A DNA stretch of 62,891 nucleotides, counting the filler, from Octopus bimaculoides (Eukaryota): the NCBI RefSeq assembly GCF_001194135.2. It is 5 parts of 5 records of this genome, joined end to end, with 100 filler letters (N's around TTAATTAATTAA, not from the genome) between each part and the next. Parts side by side here need not be neighbours in the genome. Positions count along the whole stretch, not along the records: positions 13,449 to 37,680 come from NC_068996.1; 4 more parts are not named here. One strand, written 5' to 3'. Positions 22,087 to 33,953 of this stretch are shown in pieces. Each line of letters starts with the position of its first letter. The first letter of the stretch is position 1. Both the position numbers and the translations under genes were made by a program. Under the pieces are notes generated by a model. The model had not been told where the DNA came from, ran no database searches, and saw only the letters and a list, made by a program, of their open reading frames with translations.

Positions 22087-23398
22087 GAAAAATATTTCAA
22101 TACAAATGTATTAATACAAATGTATCAATTTCCAGCAAAAAGTAGCCCTAAAATATCGGTACCTTGTTCTACCATTCTTATGAATTTATATATATATATA
22201 TATATATATATACCTACAGAGGGAGAGAAAGAAAGAATAAAAAAAGAATGAGAAAGGAATGCAATAGGTCTTTGGATAGATGAATGCATATGTCTAAGTA
22301 TCTGTGTCTGATTAAGTGTATATGCAGGAATGTAGTAATGTACGTAAGCTATAGAATGTATATATTTTTTTGTAATTTTATATTTGTTCAAATGTATAGA
22401 TATTGAATTCTACCGACTTCCTTGGTAAATTTTCTTCTGTTAATTCATAAATTAGCTAACTGCATCAAATTTCTTTCGAAGTTTCGAAGTCAATTTTCCT
22501 ACTTTATTTCCCAAACATCTTTATCTATCTACTTATTATTTATTTCTTTGTTTTTCTTTTATTAATTAATTTATAGATTTTAATTTGTTTCTACAACCTT
22601 ATTCTTGTTCCAAAAAATAGTCACAATGTATCTAATATAAGATCTTTAGTATGAAACAACATACAAACATTAAAAATATTTTAATTCTACTTACAACGCC
22701 GAAATAAAATTACAATTAACTTTTTTAATAGTAAAGAACAAACGAAATTATTGATGAGGAATTATAAAAATTAAAGATTTTTTATTTATTGATTTTTATT
22801 TAGTATTTTGTGTGTATGTATGTGTGAATTTATGTCTTTGTTCAAGTAATAAAAAATGTTATAATAACAAAAAGAAGTAATTTTTTCCGTCGTTTTTAAA
22901 TCGTATTATTTAAGACACTAATTCTTTTGCAAAGTTTTCGGAAAAGAATAATAAGAAAAGAAAGAAACTTTTATTTATTTTTATGTATTTGATTAATTTT
23001 GTTTTGTTTATGCTCACTTATACGGACGCAAGCACATTCATATGCAAGTGCATAAGTGTGTTTGCTCATGTGTACGTATATACATATATTCATAAAATAA
23101 GTGCACATACAAATGTGAGACGTGTGCGTGTGTGTATGTGTATGTAGGGAGTTTATGTGCATCCATTTTTTTATTCGCAAAACGACAAAGTGACATAAAG
23201 TTACGTTCGTTACGCATCAATCAATTTTCTCTTACAATATAGGGAACATATCATAGTTGAGAGAAACGTTTTATATAAAAATAATATTTTGTTAGAATCA
23301 AGAAGCTACATATAAAGAACTGTTAGAAAAATAAAAATTTAATTGCTGGAAATTTATCTTATCGCATACGTATGCAGACAGATTCATACAATAAAAAA

Positions 23399-23468
<70 letters not shown>

Positions 23469-24004
23469 NNNNNNNNNNNNNNNNNNNNNNNNNNNNNNNN
23501 NNNNNNNNNNNNNNNNNNNNNNNNNNNNNNNNNNNNNNNNNNNNNNNNNNNNNNNNNNNNNNNNNNNNNNNNNNNNNNNNNNNNNNNNNNNNNNNNNNNN
23601 NNNNNNNNNNNNNNNNNNNNNNNNNNNNNNNNNNNNNNNNNNNNNNNNNNNNNNNNNNNNNNNNNNNNNNNNNNNNNNNNNNNNNNNNNNNNNNNNNNNN
23701 NNNNNNNNNNNNNNNNNNNNNNNNNNNNNNNNNNNNNNNNNNNNNNNNNNNNNNNNNNNNNNNNNNNNNNNNNNNNACTACCTTCGGCGCTCACGTGCTA
23801 ATAGGAGGCTCGTCTCATCCGATGATTGAATCAATCTACAAACAGTCTTCAACCCTTTTAATTCTCGATATCATTTCTATTCCATGTAAGTCGAACCTTT
23901 TTCTATATAAACATATATACGTGTTTTCTTTTTTTGTATTTCATGTATTTAATATACTTTATATATTGACCTGTCTAACTTGCTCAAGTGTAAATCTCTT
24001 GAGT

Positions 24005-24600
24005 AATACTAAGTTGTAGTGTACAGTATCAGTACAACCGTAACTACTCATGCAGCACCACCTTCAAAGCTAGAGTGAGCAACCACTACTCCAGTTTCAA
24101 GTCCCGAAGAAAATCCAGCAGTACATCGTTATCTCAGTTTATCAATAAACTAAAGGTTGATTCAAATCCTTACACTCTCAAGTGGTCCATAATCACCCAC
24201 ACCAAACCATACAGCATGAAGTGTGATCTCTGCATAGTCGAGGTCTTGGCTATTTTGCAATCAACGGATTATCTTAAGGAACACAGCAGTATAATTTTTA
24301 CCTGCAAACAGCGATCACTAAATCTATTCTAAAAATACAAATAACAAAACCACCTCGCTTCTTTTTTCCCCTAAACTTTATAAAATTTCCTTCATTACAA
24401 CTATATACTAAACCAACAATATATCGTCTCTTTAATTCCTTGTCATTTATATACATCTCTCTGTATCTTTCTTTACCATTTATAAACTTTTTCTCTTATT
24501 TCACCTGCCTCCCCGCCTATCTTTTTGTAAACTTACAGGTACATACGCCAAGATACACTTCTACCACTTCACACTGTAAACACGGTCTTCGCACAGAATA
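24005..24600 (+). mobile_element. Penelope-like element 3' end (GIY-YIG endonuclease C-terminus)
   Basis: TTFKARVSNHYSSFKSRRKSSSTSLSQFINKLKVDSNPYTLKWSIITHTKPYSMKCDLCIVEVLAIL matches the PLE EN tail pattern NH.S.F....LS.YIW.LK......KWSI.......C.LC..EK.AIL. Confidence 0.8.
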
Positions 24601-24639
24601 ATATACATACCTAAATTAAAAGTTAATAGTAGTCACTAT

Positions 24640-25110
24640 GATTCTTCTCCATTCTCTCTTGCTTTCTTCATGCATACTTTTTCCTCCTCCTTGACCAAAA
24701 ATATTTCCTCGGCCTCTTCTTTCCACATCTTTTCTTCAAATACCACACCTCTTGCTAATTTCTGTGATTCGGCCAAAATAGCCATATTGAATACTACCAG
24801 TCAAACGACCTTGCTTAAATTCCTCATTCTTCTCACTGCCATATGTTTTTTTTTTCTTTCCTTTATACCTAATTTCTCTCTACATTTATATTCTCCACTT
24901 CTACTGTGCTCTCTACACATTCTGACTGAATCTCCCATGTGTTAATATGTATCTCCTTGCGACAATATAAACTTTCATTTAATCAAGATATCCTTGGCCT
25001 GAAGAATAGCCTGCGGTATACATCTCACTTGGATATTTCCCACTTCCGAGGTTCCGCTGGCTATGAAACATACGTAGCCCGGATGTTATCGACTATTGTA
25101 TTCTTATTCC
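24640..25110 (+). mobile_element. Second, more decayed PLE 3' end and terminal repeat carrying a hammerhead
   Basis: SSNTTPLANFCDSAKIAILNTTSQTTLL is a degenerate EN tail, homologous at DNA level to 54490-54710 on the minus strand. It is followed by the hammerhead at 24990-25084. Confidence 0.6.
24990..25084 (+). ncRNA. Type-I hammerhead ribozyme with intact core
   Basis: ATCC-tt-GGC-CTGAAGA-ATAGCC-t-GCGG-[long loop]-CCGC-t-GGCTAT-GAAAC-atac-GTA-GCC-c-GGAT. All core nucleotides are present and stems I, II and III pair; predicted cleavage after GUA at 25076. Confidence 0.8.
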
Positions 25111-25341
25111 CATACCCGGTAACCCTGAGGGCCTACCGTGAAATATAAAAAGAACTTTTTTCAGTTTATCGTACATCGATACAAAAAGATCCACAACTTT
25201 CCATCTCAATAAACCATCATTATCCCTGAACGCTGTTTTTTTTATATTTACTAGGGATTGCTTGAAGTTAACTTTCTTCCTACACCTCAATCCTTGGATC
25301 TTATACTTACACACACACACACACATACACACATACACACG

Positions 25342-25424
<83 letters not shown>

Positions 25425-25493
25425 ACAAGCACAACGTTTTTGAAGCTTTAATAAAAAAGCATATAGAGAGATATTCAGTAACAGTACTTGAAA

Positions 25494-26024
25494 GTAAAGA
25501 ATATTTGCCAACATAATGTGGTAGTACTGGATGGGATGAATGTTATTGTTGTTTAGCCCCAGGAAACGTCGTTTCCAGCTGGCTATACAACACACAATCT
25601 GTGTCCTTATATTTTCAAACAGGGGAGCTCAGCACCCCCATCCAGCACAAAGCAACATCTGTGGACCGGTTTCTGGGTTACTGCTCTTTATCAGCCCAGA
25701 TTAGCTGCTCGGCTAGACAGCGCTGCTGAATTCCCGTTCGAAAATATATAATTTTCAAAGTGACACACAGTCACTGATCTAATATTTCTAAATCTTTCAA
25801 AGAGAGATATTTGGTAACAGTAAAAATTATATATTTTCAAATGGGAATTCAGTAGTGCCGTCTAGCCGTGTAGCTACTCTGTGCTGATAAAGAGCAATAA
25901 CCCAGGAGTCGGTCCACAGTTATTGTGTCGCATAGCCAGCTGTAAACGATGTTTGCTGGGGCTAAGCAATAGTAACTTTCGTCCCATCCAGAACTGCCAC
26001 ATTATGTTAGCAAATAGTCTTTAC
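25494..26024. repeat. Long imperfect inverted repeat (two opposed PLE-type terminal repeats, each with a decayed hammerhead)
   Basis: 25494-25756 is approximately the reverse complement of 25822-26024; the left arm carries an extra insert of about 55 bp. Hammerhead remnants at 25657-25701 (-) and 25879-25919 (+). Confidence 0.85.
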
Positions 26025-26899
26025 ATATATATATAAATTAAAGAATTGAGGTTTAGAAAGTAGGCGTTAAATGCAGTATCCAAACATATTTACATTTCGA
26101 TTTCGTCTCAAGCTATATGGTAGTGGTGAGAGATTCTAGCAGTTCAGATCCATTTGTTACAGTGAGAAAATGTGGTTAGGAAGAAAACAAAAGATCGCAA
26201 AGCATCTAACATAGGGGTGGGGTTGTTTATATTTGTGATCAAGAAGTCATTGCTAAAAAATAAAAAATTAAAATTACAAAGAATCTAGTGTAGATTACTT
26301 TGAACGACTCCAGCATATGTAAGCTTATGATGTCTGGCTAGGGTAGTCAAGCTCAACATCATGGTCAGATTCAGGTCTTTAGACCTTTTGACTCTCTACG
26401 TTTCATCACACGAACAGACAAGCACTCACACACATACATACACACACACACGTACACATACATATACACATACACATACAGACACACCCAAACGTGTACA
26501 TGCGCACATACAGACACACAAACATATATATATATGTACGTTGATACGCGCACACAGAAACACACATATACAGACACACATGCAGACACATACATATACA
26601 TATACACATATACACATTTACACTCACGCACTCTTACATCCACCTTATATACAAACACACAAACCTATATGTATGTACCTACATACACACACACACATAT
26701 ATATATGCATATACACGTACATCCACTCTGCATTTACAAGCACATACCCGCTCATGCACATATAAGCGTCTTCGTTCATATATATACAAGCACAGATCTA
26801 TAAAGGGTACATGAGTACATAGTTAGGAGGATATAAGCATACATTCTTCTGTGGGTACATAGACAGATATATCCATCAATGCAGTCCTAGCACTGGGTT

Positions 26900-29232
26900 C
26901 ACAGTTTATTGTGAGTTATGGCAGTGAGGGTGCTGTGTTTACGGGGTTGTAGTGGGTGAAGATCGCTTTCTTAGCGTTTAAGCAGCGTGCAATCCGTTCG
27001 GTTAGTTTATTAATTACTCTTTCCCTAGTAAGCAGAATAGGCAGGGATTCCTTCGAGCACAATCTACACCTCCTAGAAAATGTGTTGCAAGGTTGTGCGT
27101 GTTTTACAATTGACCAGGACAGTTCATAGTTGATTCTGTCAGTTTTCAGTTTCCACAGAAAGTCCGCAAGTAATGTTGCGTGTCTCTTGTTCGCTTTTTT
27201 AAAGTTAGAGATATGGTTGCGGTATCGATTCTCGAATGAATCAGCCGTGGCACCTACGTACACGTACGGACCTCCTCGTGTGTGCACTGTACATCTGTAA
27301 ACGAGGTTGCGAGTCATGCAGAGGTTATCGAATGGGTATCTTGATTTATTCCTACACAAACGCCTATTGCTGGCCGTTATTAGTGACCGGTGGTTGTATT
27401 CAGTTGGTCTCGTGGTTACGATTATGTGCAGGTGCATGTTCATTGTGCTGTTGTTATGTAGTTTCTGTGGGTTACTTTGTATTCGGATGTTATTAGTTCC
27501 GGACTGGTCCATGTTATGAGTTGAGTTTCAATGATTGTCCCTTCCTGGATGTCGGTCAGGTGAGCATTGTACACCGGTTCCTTATTTGGAGGATCACTGA
27601 TGATGTTGTTCGATCTCTTGTTAAGCTTCGTGCTGTTGATTCGGTGCGTAGGCTGCTCCAAGTTGGAGGAGGTTGCATATCACACCTTCACTTTATGTCT
27701 GTTGAACATTGAGTAGTATATCTGTGATTTCGGGAAGCACCTGTCAAGTGCTGCCTGGAAATGTTTAGAGATCTTGGAAGAAATATTCGATGCATGGATC
27801 AAGTTATTCCAGAGAATGGTGTGGTTTCTGTATTTGGTGTTAGGTTTATTAGTCCGCGTGTATTGTGTTTGTTTAGTGCGATCAATTTTGTTGCATGTAG
27901 TTGTGTTTAGATGTGTTTTTGTAGCTAGATGGTCTAGCATCATGGTTTTTGTAATGGCTGGGTGTTATCCATCTATGGTGGTGTGTTGTGCCGATGTAAT
28001 TTTCGTAGGTGTGAGTTCGAGGTGTATATGTGTCGGTGTTGGTGGTATGTGGGTCGTTTATGTGTGTGTTGTTTTGGTGGACGAATTTAATCCAAGCTAG
28101 GTGCATGTGGATCAAATAATTCCTCATTGGCAAACAGTCGGGAAACCCTAGTTTGAAAATTACCTACAAGTCCCCAACAAGTATAATGGACGGTGGATGT
28201 TTAGATCTGGTGTTAATGTATTTGAGGCTAGAATTAGGTTTGTGGAAGGGCTCGTACAGGCCGGTGTCAAGGCTGAACGTGGCATCCAGGGAGTTAACTC
28301 TGCAGCATTCGAATTCAGCAGTAATGGCCAGTCCTATATTCCTAAAGAGTTTAAATAGTTTTTTCTTACATTTTCTTGTTCTACATTAGTGCAACGTTTT
28401 AAGTAGAAGAGATCGTCGTCCCTGTACAATCCCCCTCCGATCTCTGGGAGGGTGGTCTGGATTAGGGGTAGGATGTAGACACCAACTAAGTCAGTGACTT
28501 GTGCGGAGTCGGAAGATTCCATCGCTATATTGAAGGCATAGCTCTATCTGCTCTACACCAAAGTCTACCATCAAAATCTATCAAGGTACCCATAGTCGCA
28601 AGTATTATATCGATTTCATGATGGAATAGTTCAGAGTTAGATCTGGCGAAGATCAGGGGTTTATTGAGAAGGATGGGGTTGATGCTACTGCAATAATTAT
28701 CTCTATCTCAAATCAAGGTTACGTTTAGCCCTGTGGATAACACCTGCCCTCAAATCTAAGTTGTGCTTAGTCCTGTTGTCTGACACCCGCGAAATAATAC
28801 CGTGGTTTAAGCCAGGGGTTTTCAAACTGTGGTCCCCGGACCACAGGGGGTCCGCAAGAACAAGACAGGGGATCCGTGGACAGCAAATACTTTTTATGGA
28901 CAATTTGATTTTATATGTTTTTTAATCGAAATCTTTTAATTGACAATAAACTTATTTGTTAAATACTGTTAAATAAATAGATGTGAAAATATATGTTATT
29001 TTAAGCAAATATTTATGTATGAATTTCATAAGCGTTTATAAGGGTAAAGCCTGAAATATAAAGGGGTCCGCAAGTCAAAAAGTTTGAAAACCCTTGGTTT
29101 AAGCAACTGGATATAATCCAGACCACAAATCTAAGAGTAACTTAGAATTGAGGTTGGGTGTTATTCTATCTATAATAATCTTATTAATCCGGCCTATGTT
29201 GGATTTAGACATAAATAGCAAGTCCCTACAGC
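26900..29232 (-). mobile_element. Penelope-like retroelement (RT + GIY-YIG), degenerate
   Basis: RT motifs SKSNIGRINKIIIDRI, IAMESSDSAQVTDLVGVYIL and GLYRDDDL; thumb/linker RNHTILWN...RCFPKS..MFNRHKVKV; EN NLVYRCTV..YVYVGAT..FENRYRNH..WSIVKHAQP..CRLCSKE (ORF 26916..27512). Confidence 0.9.
28813..29096. mobile_element. hAT (Charlie-type) MITE nested in the Penelope RT
   Basis: TIRs CAGGGGTTTTCAAACT / AGTTTGAAAACCCTTG; perfect 8-bp TSD GTTTAAGC (28805-28812 and 29097-29104). Confidence 0.93.
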
Positions 29233-29333
29233 TAAAAATAGATAATCAGTGAGGCTTGAGAGCATATGAGCATATGTGCGCGTATGCGCGTAAGTATGTG
29301 CAAGTTTGTGTGCGTGTGCAGGTGTGTGCCTGC

Positions 29334-29393
<60 letters not shown>

Positions 29394-29480
29394 ATGTGTG
29401 TGGCGCGCGTGCATATGTACATTCGTTTTGATGTGCATAGACAAAAGGTGTGGATTTGCGTGTGCGCTGGCATCGCTAGT

Positions 29481-30326
29481 GCGTGACCCGACTTTTCGTC
29501 CGATGTCACTTTGTCCAACGTCACTTCGTCCGTGTCTTTTCGTCCGACGTCTTTTTGTCCGATGGTTTGGGGGGGGGGTTGTCCAACGACTTTCTAGAAA
29601 ACAAGGTGAACATGAAAATCAAATAAATCCTGGAATAATCCTGGAAAGTACAGGCAAACGTGGAAGTTGTGAACATTTTCTGTTAGCTGCGTAAACGTAG
29701 AAGCTATTATGTTACGCGAACTTGCTGCTGTGTTTTTCACCGCTTCATTTTTTATTTCTGCAACTACTTTTCTAGCATTTAACGAATCTACATCAGCTGG
29801 ATGAAGGTGCTCACTAGAAAAATAAATTATTTTCGGCTCATTGTTTTCCGTTACAGTGAATTCGCACTGAACATAGCCTTCTTTTCTCACATCTCTAGTA
29901 TTCTTTCCGTAGTTTTGTATTGTTCGAATGAAAATTGATGTAATTACTTTCATCAACTACTTTTCTTTTGTTTTCAGTCGATATTATGAACTTTGTCATT
30001 TCGGGATGGGTAAATTAAAAATGTGTACACTAAATTTGCAGCACTCTCTATACATAGAACCGTACTTAAGAGAGAGAAGGAAAAAGAGGAAGTAAAACTG
30101 TTAATAGAGAAAGGAAAAGAGCGATAATAACAATCTTATAACAAGGCTCGTTATAGTTCTGTGACTATTTAATTACAGATATTTCACTTTGTTTTCGAAA
30201 GAGTTTATTTACAATTAGACAAAATGTCGTTGGGCAAAAAAATCATCGGACAAAAAGACGTCGGACGAAAAGACGTGTACTAAGTGACGTTGGACGAAGT
30301 GACGCCGGACGAAAAGACATGGCACC
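29481..30326 (-). mobile_element. Mutator-like (MULE) deletion derivative with a FLYWCH-type N-terminal fragment
   Basis: TIRs of about 100 bp built from short TTTTCGTCC / CTTCGTCC units. From ATG 29999: MTKFIISTENKRKVVDESNYINFH...EY*RCEKRRLCSVRIH, then a frameshift to EHLHPADVDSLNARKVVAEIKNEA. No clear TSD. Confidence 0.7.
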
Positions 30327-30477
30327 GGCTGGTGTGGGGGCTTATGCGTACTTATGTGGTACTTATGTGTATATGTACGCGCGGGCGCGTGTATGTGTAC
30401 GTATGTATAAGTTTGTGTGCGTGTGTACGCGCATGCGTGTATGTGCATGTGTATGCGAACACTTACCACCCTCTAGC

Positions 30478-31088
30478 AGGTATCAGGATCACAAGATTGA
30501 CTAAGTTTTAAGCTATCTGGCTCGTGCTCAGTCGCGAGTGTCTGTACGCCAGAGCGATAGCCAGAGTCCGCTAACGCTAACAATATATTGTAAACAAAGT
30601 GCCCACGGTCACTGATTTGCAACAAGCATAATAGCTAGTTGTAAAATCTCACGAAGAGACCAGAGTAGTAACTATACTAAGCAGTAAAGTCAGTTGCTAC
30701 ATTGAAGTGGCTGTTGAATGTTACTAGTTTAACCCCAGGCATATTCTCCGCCACCTGGTTATCGGTGCGACACTGCACCCTTTTTATACAATACTTTCGC
30801 TATCGCTCTGGCGTACAGGTGCTCGCGACTGAGGATAAGTCAAATAGCTGGAAACTGAGTCAGTCTCGCGATTCTGATACCTGAAAGAGAGTGTTAGGGG
30901 TTCGCCTCCCCCACTGCTAACAATATATTGTATATAAAGGGTGAAGTCTCGCACCCATAACCAGCTGCCTGAGGCTAAACTAGTAGTAATATTCATCAGC
31001 CACTTTGATGTGGCGACTGGCTTTACTGGTTTAGTGTAGTTATTACTCTGGTCTCTTTGTGAGATTTTACAACTAGCTATTTTGCTTA
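30478..31088. repeat. Interleaved inverted repeats (PLE terminal-repeat cluster)
   Basis: 30478-30560 is approximately the reverse complement of 30798-30882, and 30624-30793 of 30918-31088. The first pair contains hammerhead motifs. Confidence 0.85.
30823..30871 (+). ncRNA. Type-I hammerhead ribozyme motif with intact core and weakened stem II
   Basis: TCGCGA-CTGAGGA-taagtcaaatagctg-GAAAC-TGAgTCA-GTC-TCGCGA; GUC triplet ends at 30865. A more decayed inverse copy lies at 30489-30537. Confidence 0.7.
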
Positions 31089-31141
31089 TATATATATATA
31101 TATATTGCTTATATGTATATATATATATACATATATATATA

Positions 31142-33868
31142 CTAGCTGAATCACTGACCTCCAGGCGGTCTGTTCAGCTACTACATATTTAAACTCCAGT
31201 TTGTAGTTTGAAAGTAAAAAGTGAAAGATTTCTTAAAGAATTTCCTTATAGACGACGTTGTCAGTGTAGATTCCTTTCATACCCTTATACCCTGAGTCCA
31301 AAGCCAATATATGCACATTGTTCCCAGAACTAAACAGGGCTTCCGTTATCTCAGTCCACATTGGGTTGGTCGTCATAGTGATGAAGTAGTCTGGCTTTCC
31401 AAACTCTCTCACCAGTGCCATTCCAGCTTGGAAACATTCCTTGTAAGACCGAGGAGAACCAGTATGTGATGGCAGAAGAATGATTTTAGAATCTTCGTCA
31501 TTCATGTCACCATTTGCAATAGCATACAGAAGGCCCTGGTACTTTTCAACCTTAAGTTGTTTCTGATGAGTTCTCAGGATGTGTAATCGATTTTGCTCTA
31601 TCTTTGCATACTGATCTACTGCATATTGTTGCATCAGACGTCTACTTTTCATTATTCCATTGAACTCGTCCTTTCTTACCTGAAGCCAATAAAAATAAAA
31701 AGTCACATTCAGTGATGTTTTTGCTTCGGTCATTATCTTTCAAGAACACATTACAGCCATCTTCCCCATCTTTCCCATAGGAAAACAGAAGTACATAATG
31801 AAGAGGGTAATAGCTTCTGTGGATTTGACTAATGTAGTCTAACTTCCCATTGCTCTCTCTGTATGTACAACAACATCCGCAGGTTTAAATTTTGGATTAT
31901 TGGTATCATCTCCCACCATGATCACATCAATTTCTGATGCAGTCGGTGGATTATAGGTTCTCTCATGTGACCCAGCAGGAATCAGCCGTTTGTCAGACTT
32001 ATAATAATATCACCAGTAGAACATTTTTTTGATGCAGAGTATTCCTTAATTATATCAATAGCCTATTTAAAACCTTGAAATATGGATTTTGAATATGCAG
32101 TGCTCGCTGCAAAACTAGCGAGACGTTCTCATTAAGGTCATTATCAGCTCTTCTGAATGACAACCTGTTTCTCATCTCATTTACACTGTCAACGAAATAT
32201 AGCTGTGCATAGACTGGCTTCCTGTTTACTGCTGGTAGGAGACTTCCTATGCGGTGGTAACTTTCCTTGAATCTTGAAAGTAGGCGTAAAAGTGCTACCA
32301 CCCTGTGGTTCAACTGGTGGATTATCCAGTCCAAGTGAAGCCATAGCCAGTATTGTGGTCATGAATTTTGTTTAGAAACATTTGACCACATACATTAACA
32401 TCATAGTACTTAGCTATTGATACTTGGGGCTTTTTTTTATCTGTGGAACTTTGTCATTGCTAATTTTTCCTTTGATACAACAGAGGGTAGTTTTCTTAGC
32501 ATCCCAAAGGTAAGCTTTGCAGTCAGGGCATGTTCTGTTAAAAATGTTTCCATAGTAGTGCAACGTAAGGCTTAGGTTTCGTTTTTTTCTCGTAAAAATC
32601 TGCCACAACTTCCATAGCCATTCTCTCAGTGTCAGCTCTTTCCTGATGAAATCTCGATTGGTATCGTGCCTAGTTGTTTTTGTTTGTTGCTGAATATGTG
32701 GCACCGACCTGTTTTCCTTGGAGTCTTGTTTCCTCAGCCAATCAGTATTCCTCCGTGCTTCTGTTTCTTGTGGTGTTTCCATTACACGGTTTTTCTGTGT
32801 TTTCAGCCGATTCGCATTCCTCCGTGCTTCTGAATCTTCTGGTCTTCCCTTGGGCGGGTTTTCTGTCTCCTTGGCCGATCTGCATTTCTACGTGCCTCTG
32901 TTTCTTCAAATGATTCCATTTCACGGGTTTCTTGCAGTCTCCTTCGTTTTATTTCGAGACACTGAGAAGAGCTGGGTCCTTGTCAGTTTTCTTCCACTAG
33001 CGTCTGTTGTCTTTGCTCAGCGATCTTTTGTGAACGGGAAATTTTTCGGGGCAGATTGTTGTTCTTTCTTTTTCTGGGCATAGTGTACTGATGAAAGCGT
33101 GAATATTTATTACAATTATACAGTGGAAGTTTTCAGACGATTCATCTAGTATTTGTGCTCATTTCTCTGAACGAGAAGTTATCACGGTATTTATTGTAAA
33201 TATTTACTTTGGGTATTTATTTACAATTACACCACTCTTGTTAAACACTATTCTAAAGTGCGCTTTTTATGTCGTTGAATTGCTCTAAACGAATTTGACC
33301 ATAAAAATCTCGGAAATTTAGTATTTTTAAAGTAATGATAAAATTGGTCGAACCTATTTTCATGCAGTTGAATGCGCAAAGTTTCCGAAATTTTCATATA
33401 TTTTACGTCTGCTATTTCAGAATTCTACGCATGCGTGAAACATCAGACGAAAGTATATTCAATAACATATTCATACACGCAACGATAGAAAGAGGCATAA
33501 CAATAGCTCCGATAGCCAATGGCATGAAAATCGGTCCGACAAATTTTATTAATATCTTAAAAAATACTAAATTTCCAACATTTTTATGGTCAAATTCGTT
33601 TAGAACAATTCAATAACATAAAAATCGCAGATTAAGATAGTGTTTAGCGAGTATGGTGTAATTGTAATTTTCACCGAAAACTAACAGTGTTTTCATGATT
33701 TTTTTTCTTTTGTTTTTTTGGGTTTTTTTCAAAATGACGCCAAAAGAGACATTTGAAAGAACGCAACCGGTACAGAGAGAATGAAATAAGAGAAGTAGTA
33801 AATACGTGTGAAAGAGAGAGAAAGTTATGAGAGGCAACATTGTATGAGAGAGTGAGTTCAATACATAA

Positions 33869-33953
<85 letters not shown>

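Noticed and set aside
29488-29590. Short regularly spaced repeats superficially like a CRISPR array
   Set aside because: The units are about 10 bp with no unique spacers and are mirrored at 30217-30326: subterminal repeats of a DNA transposon in a eukaryotic genome.
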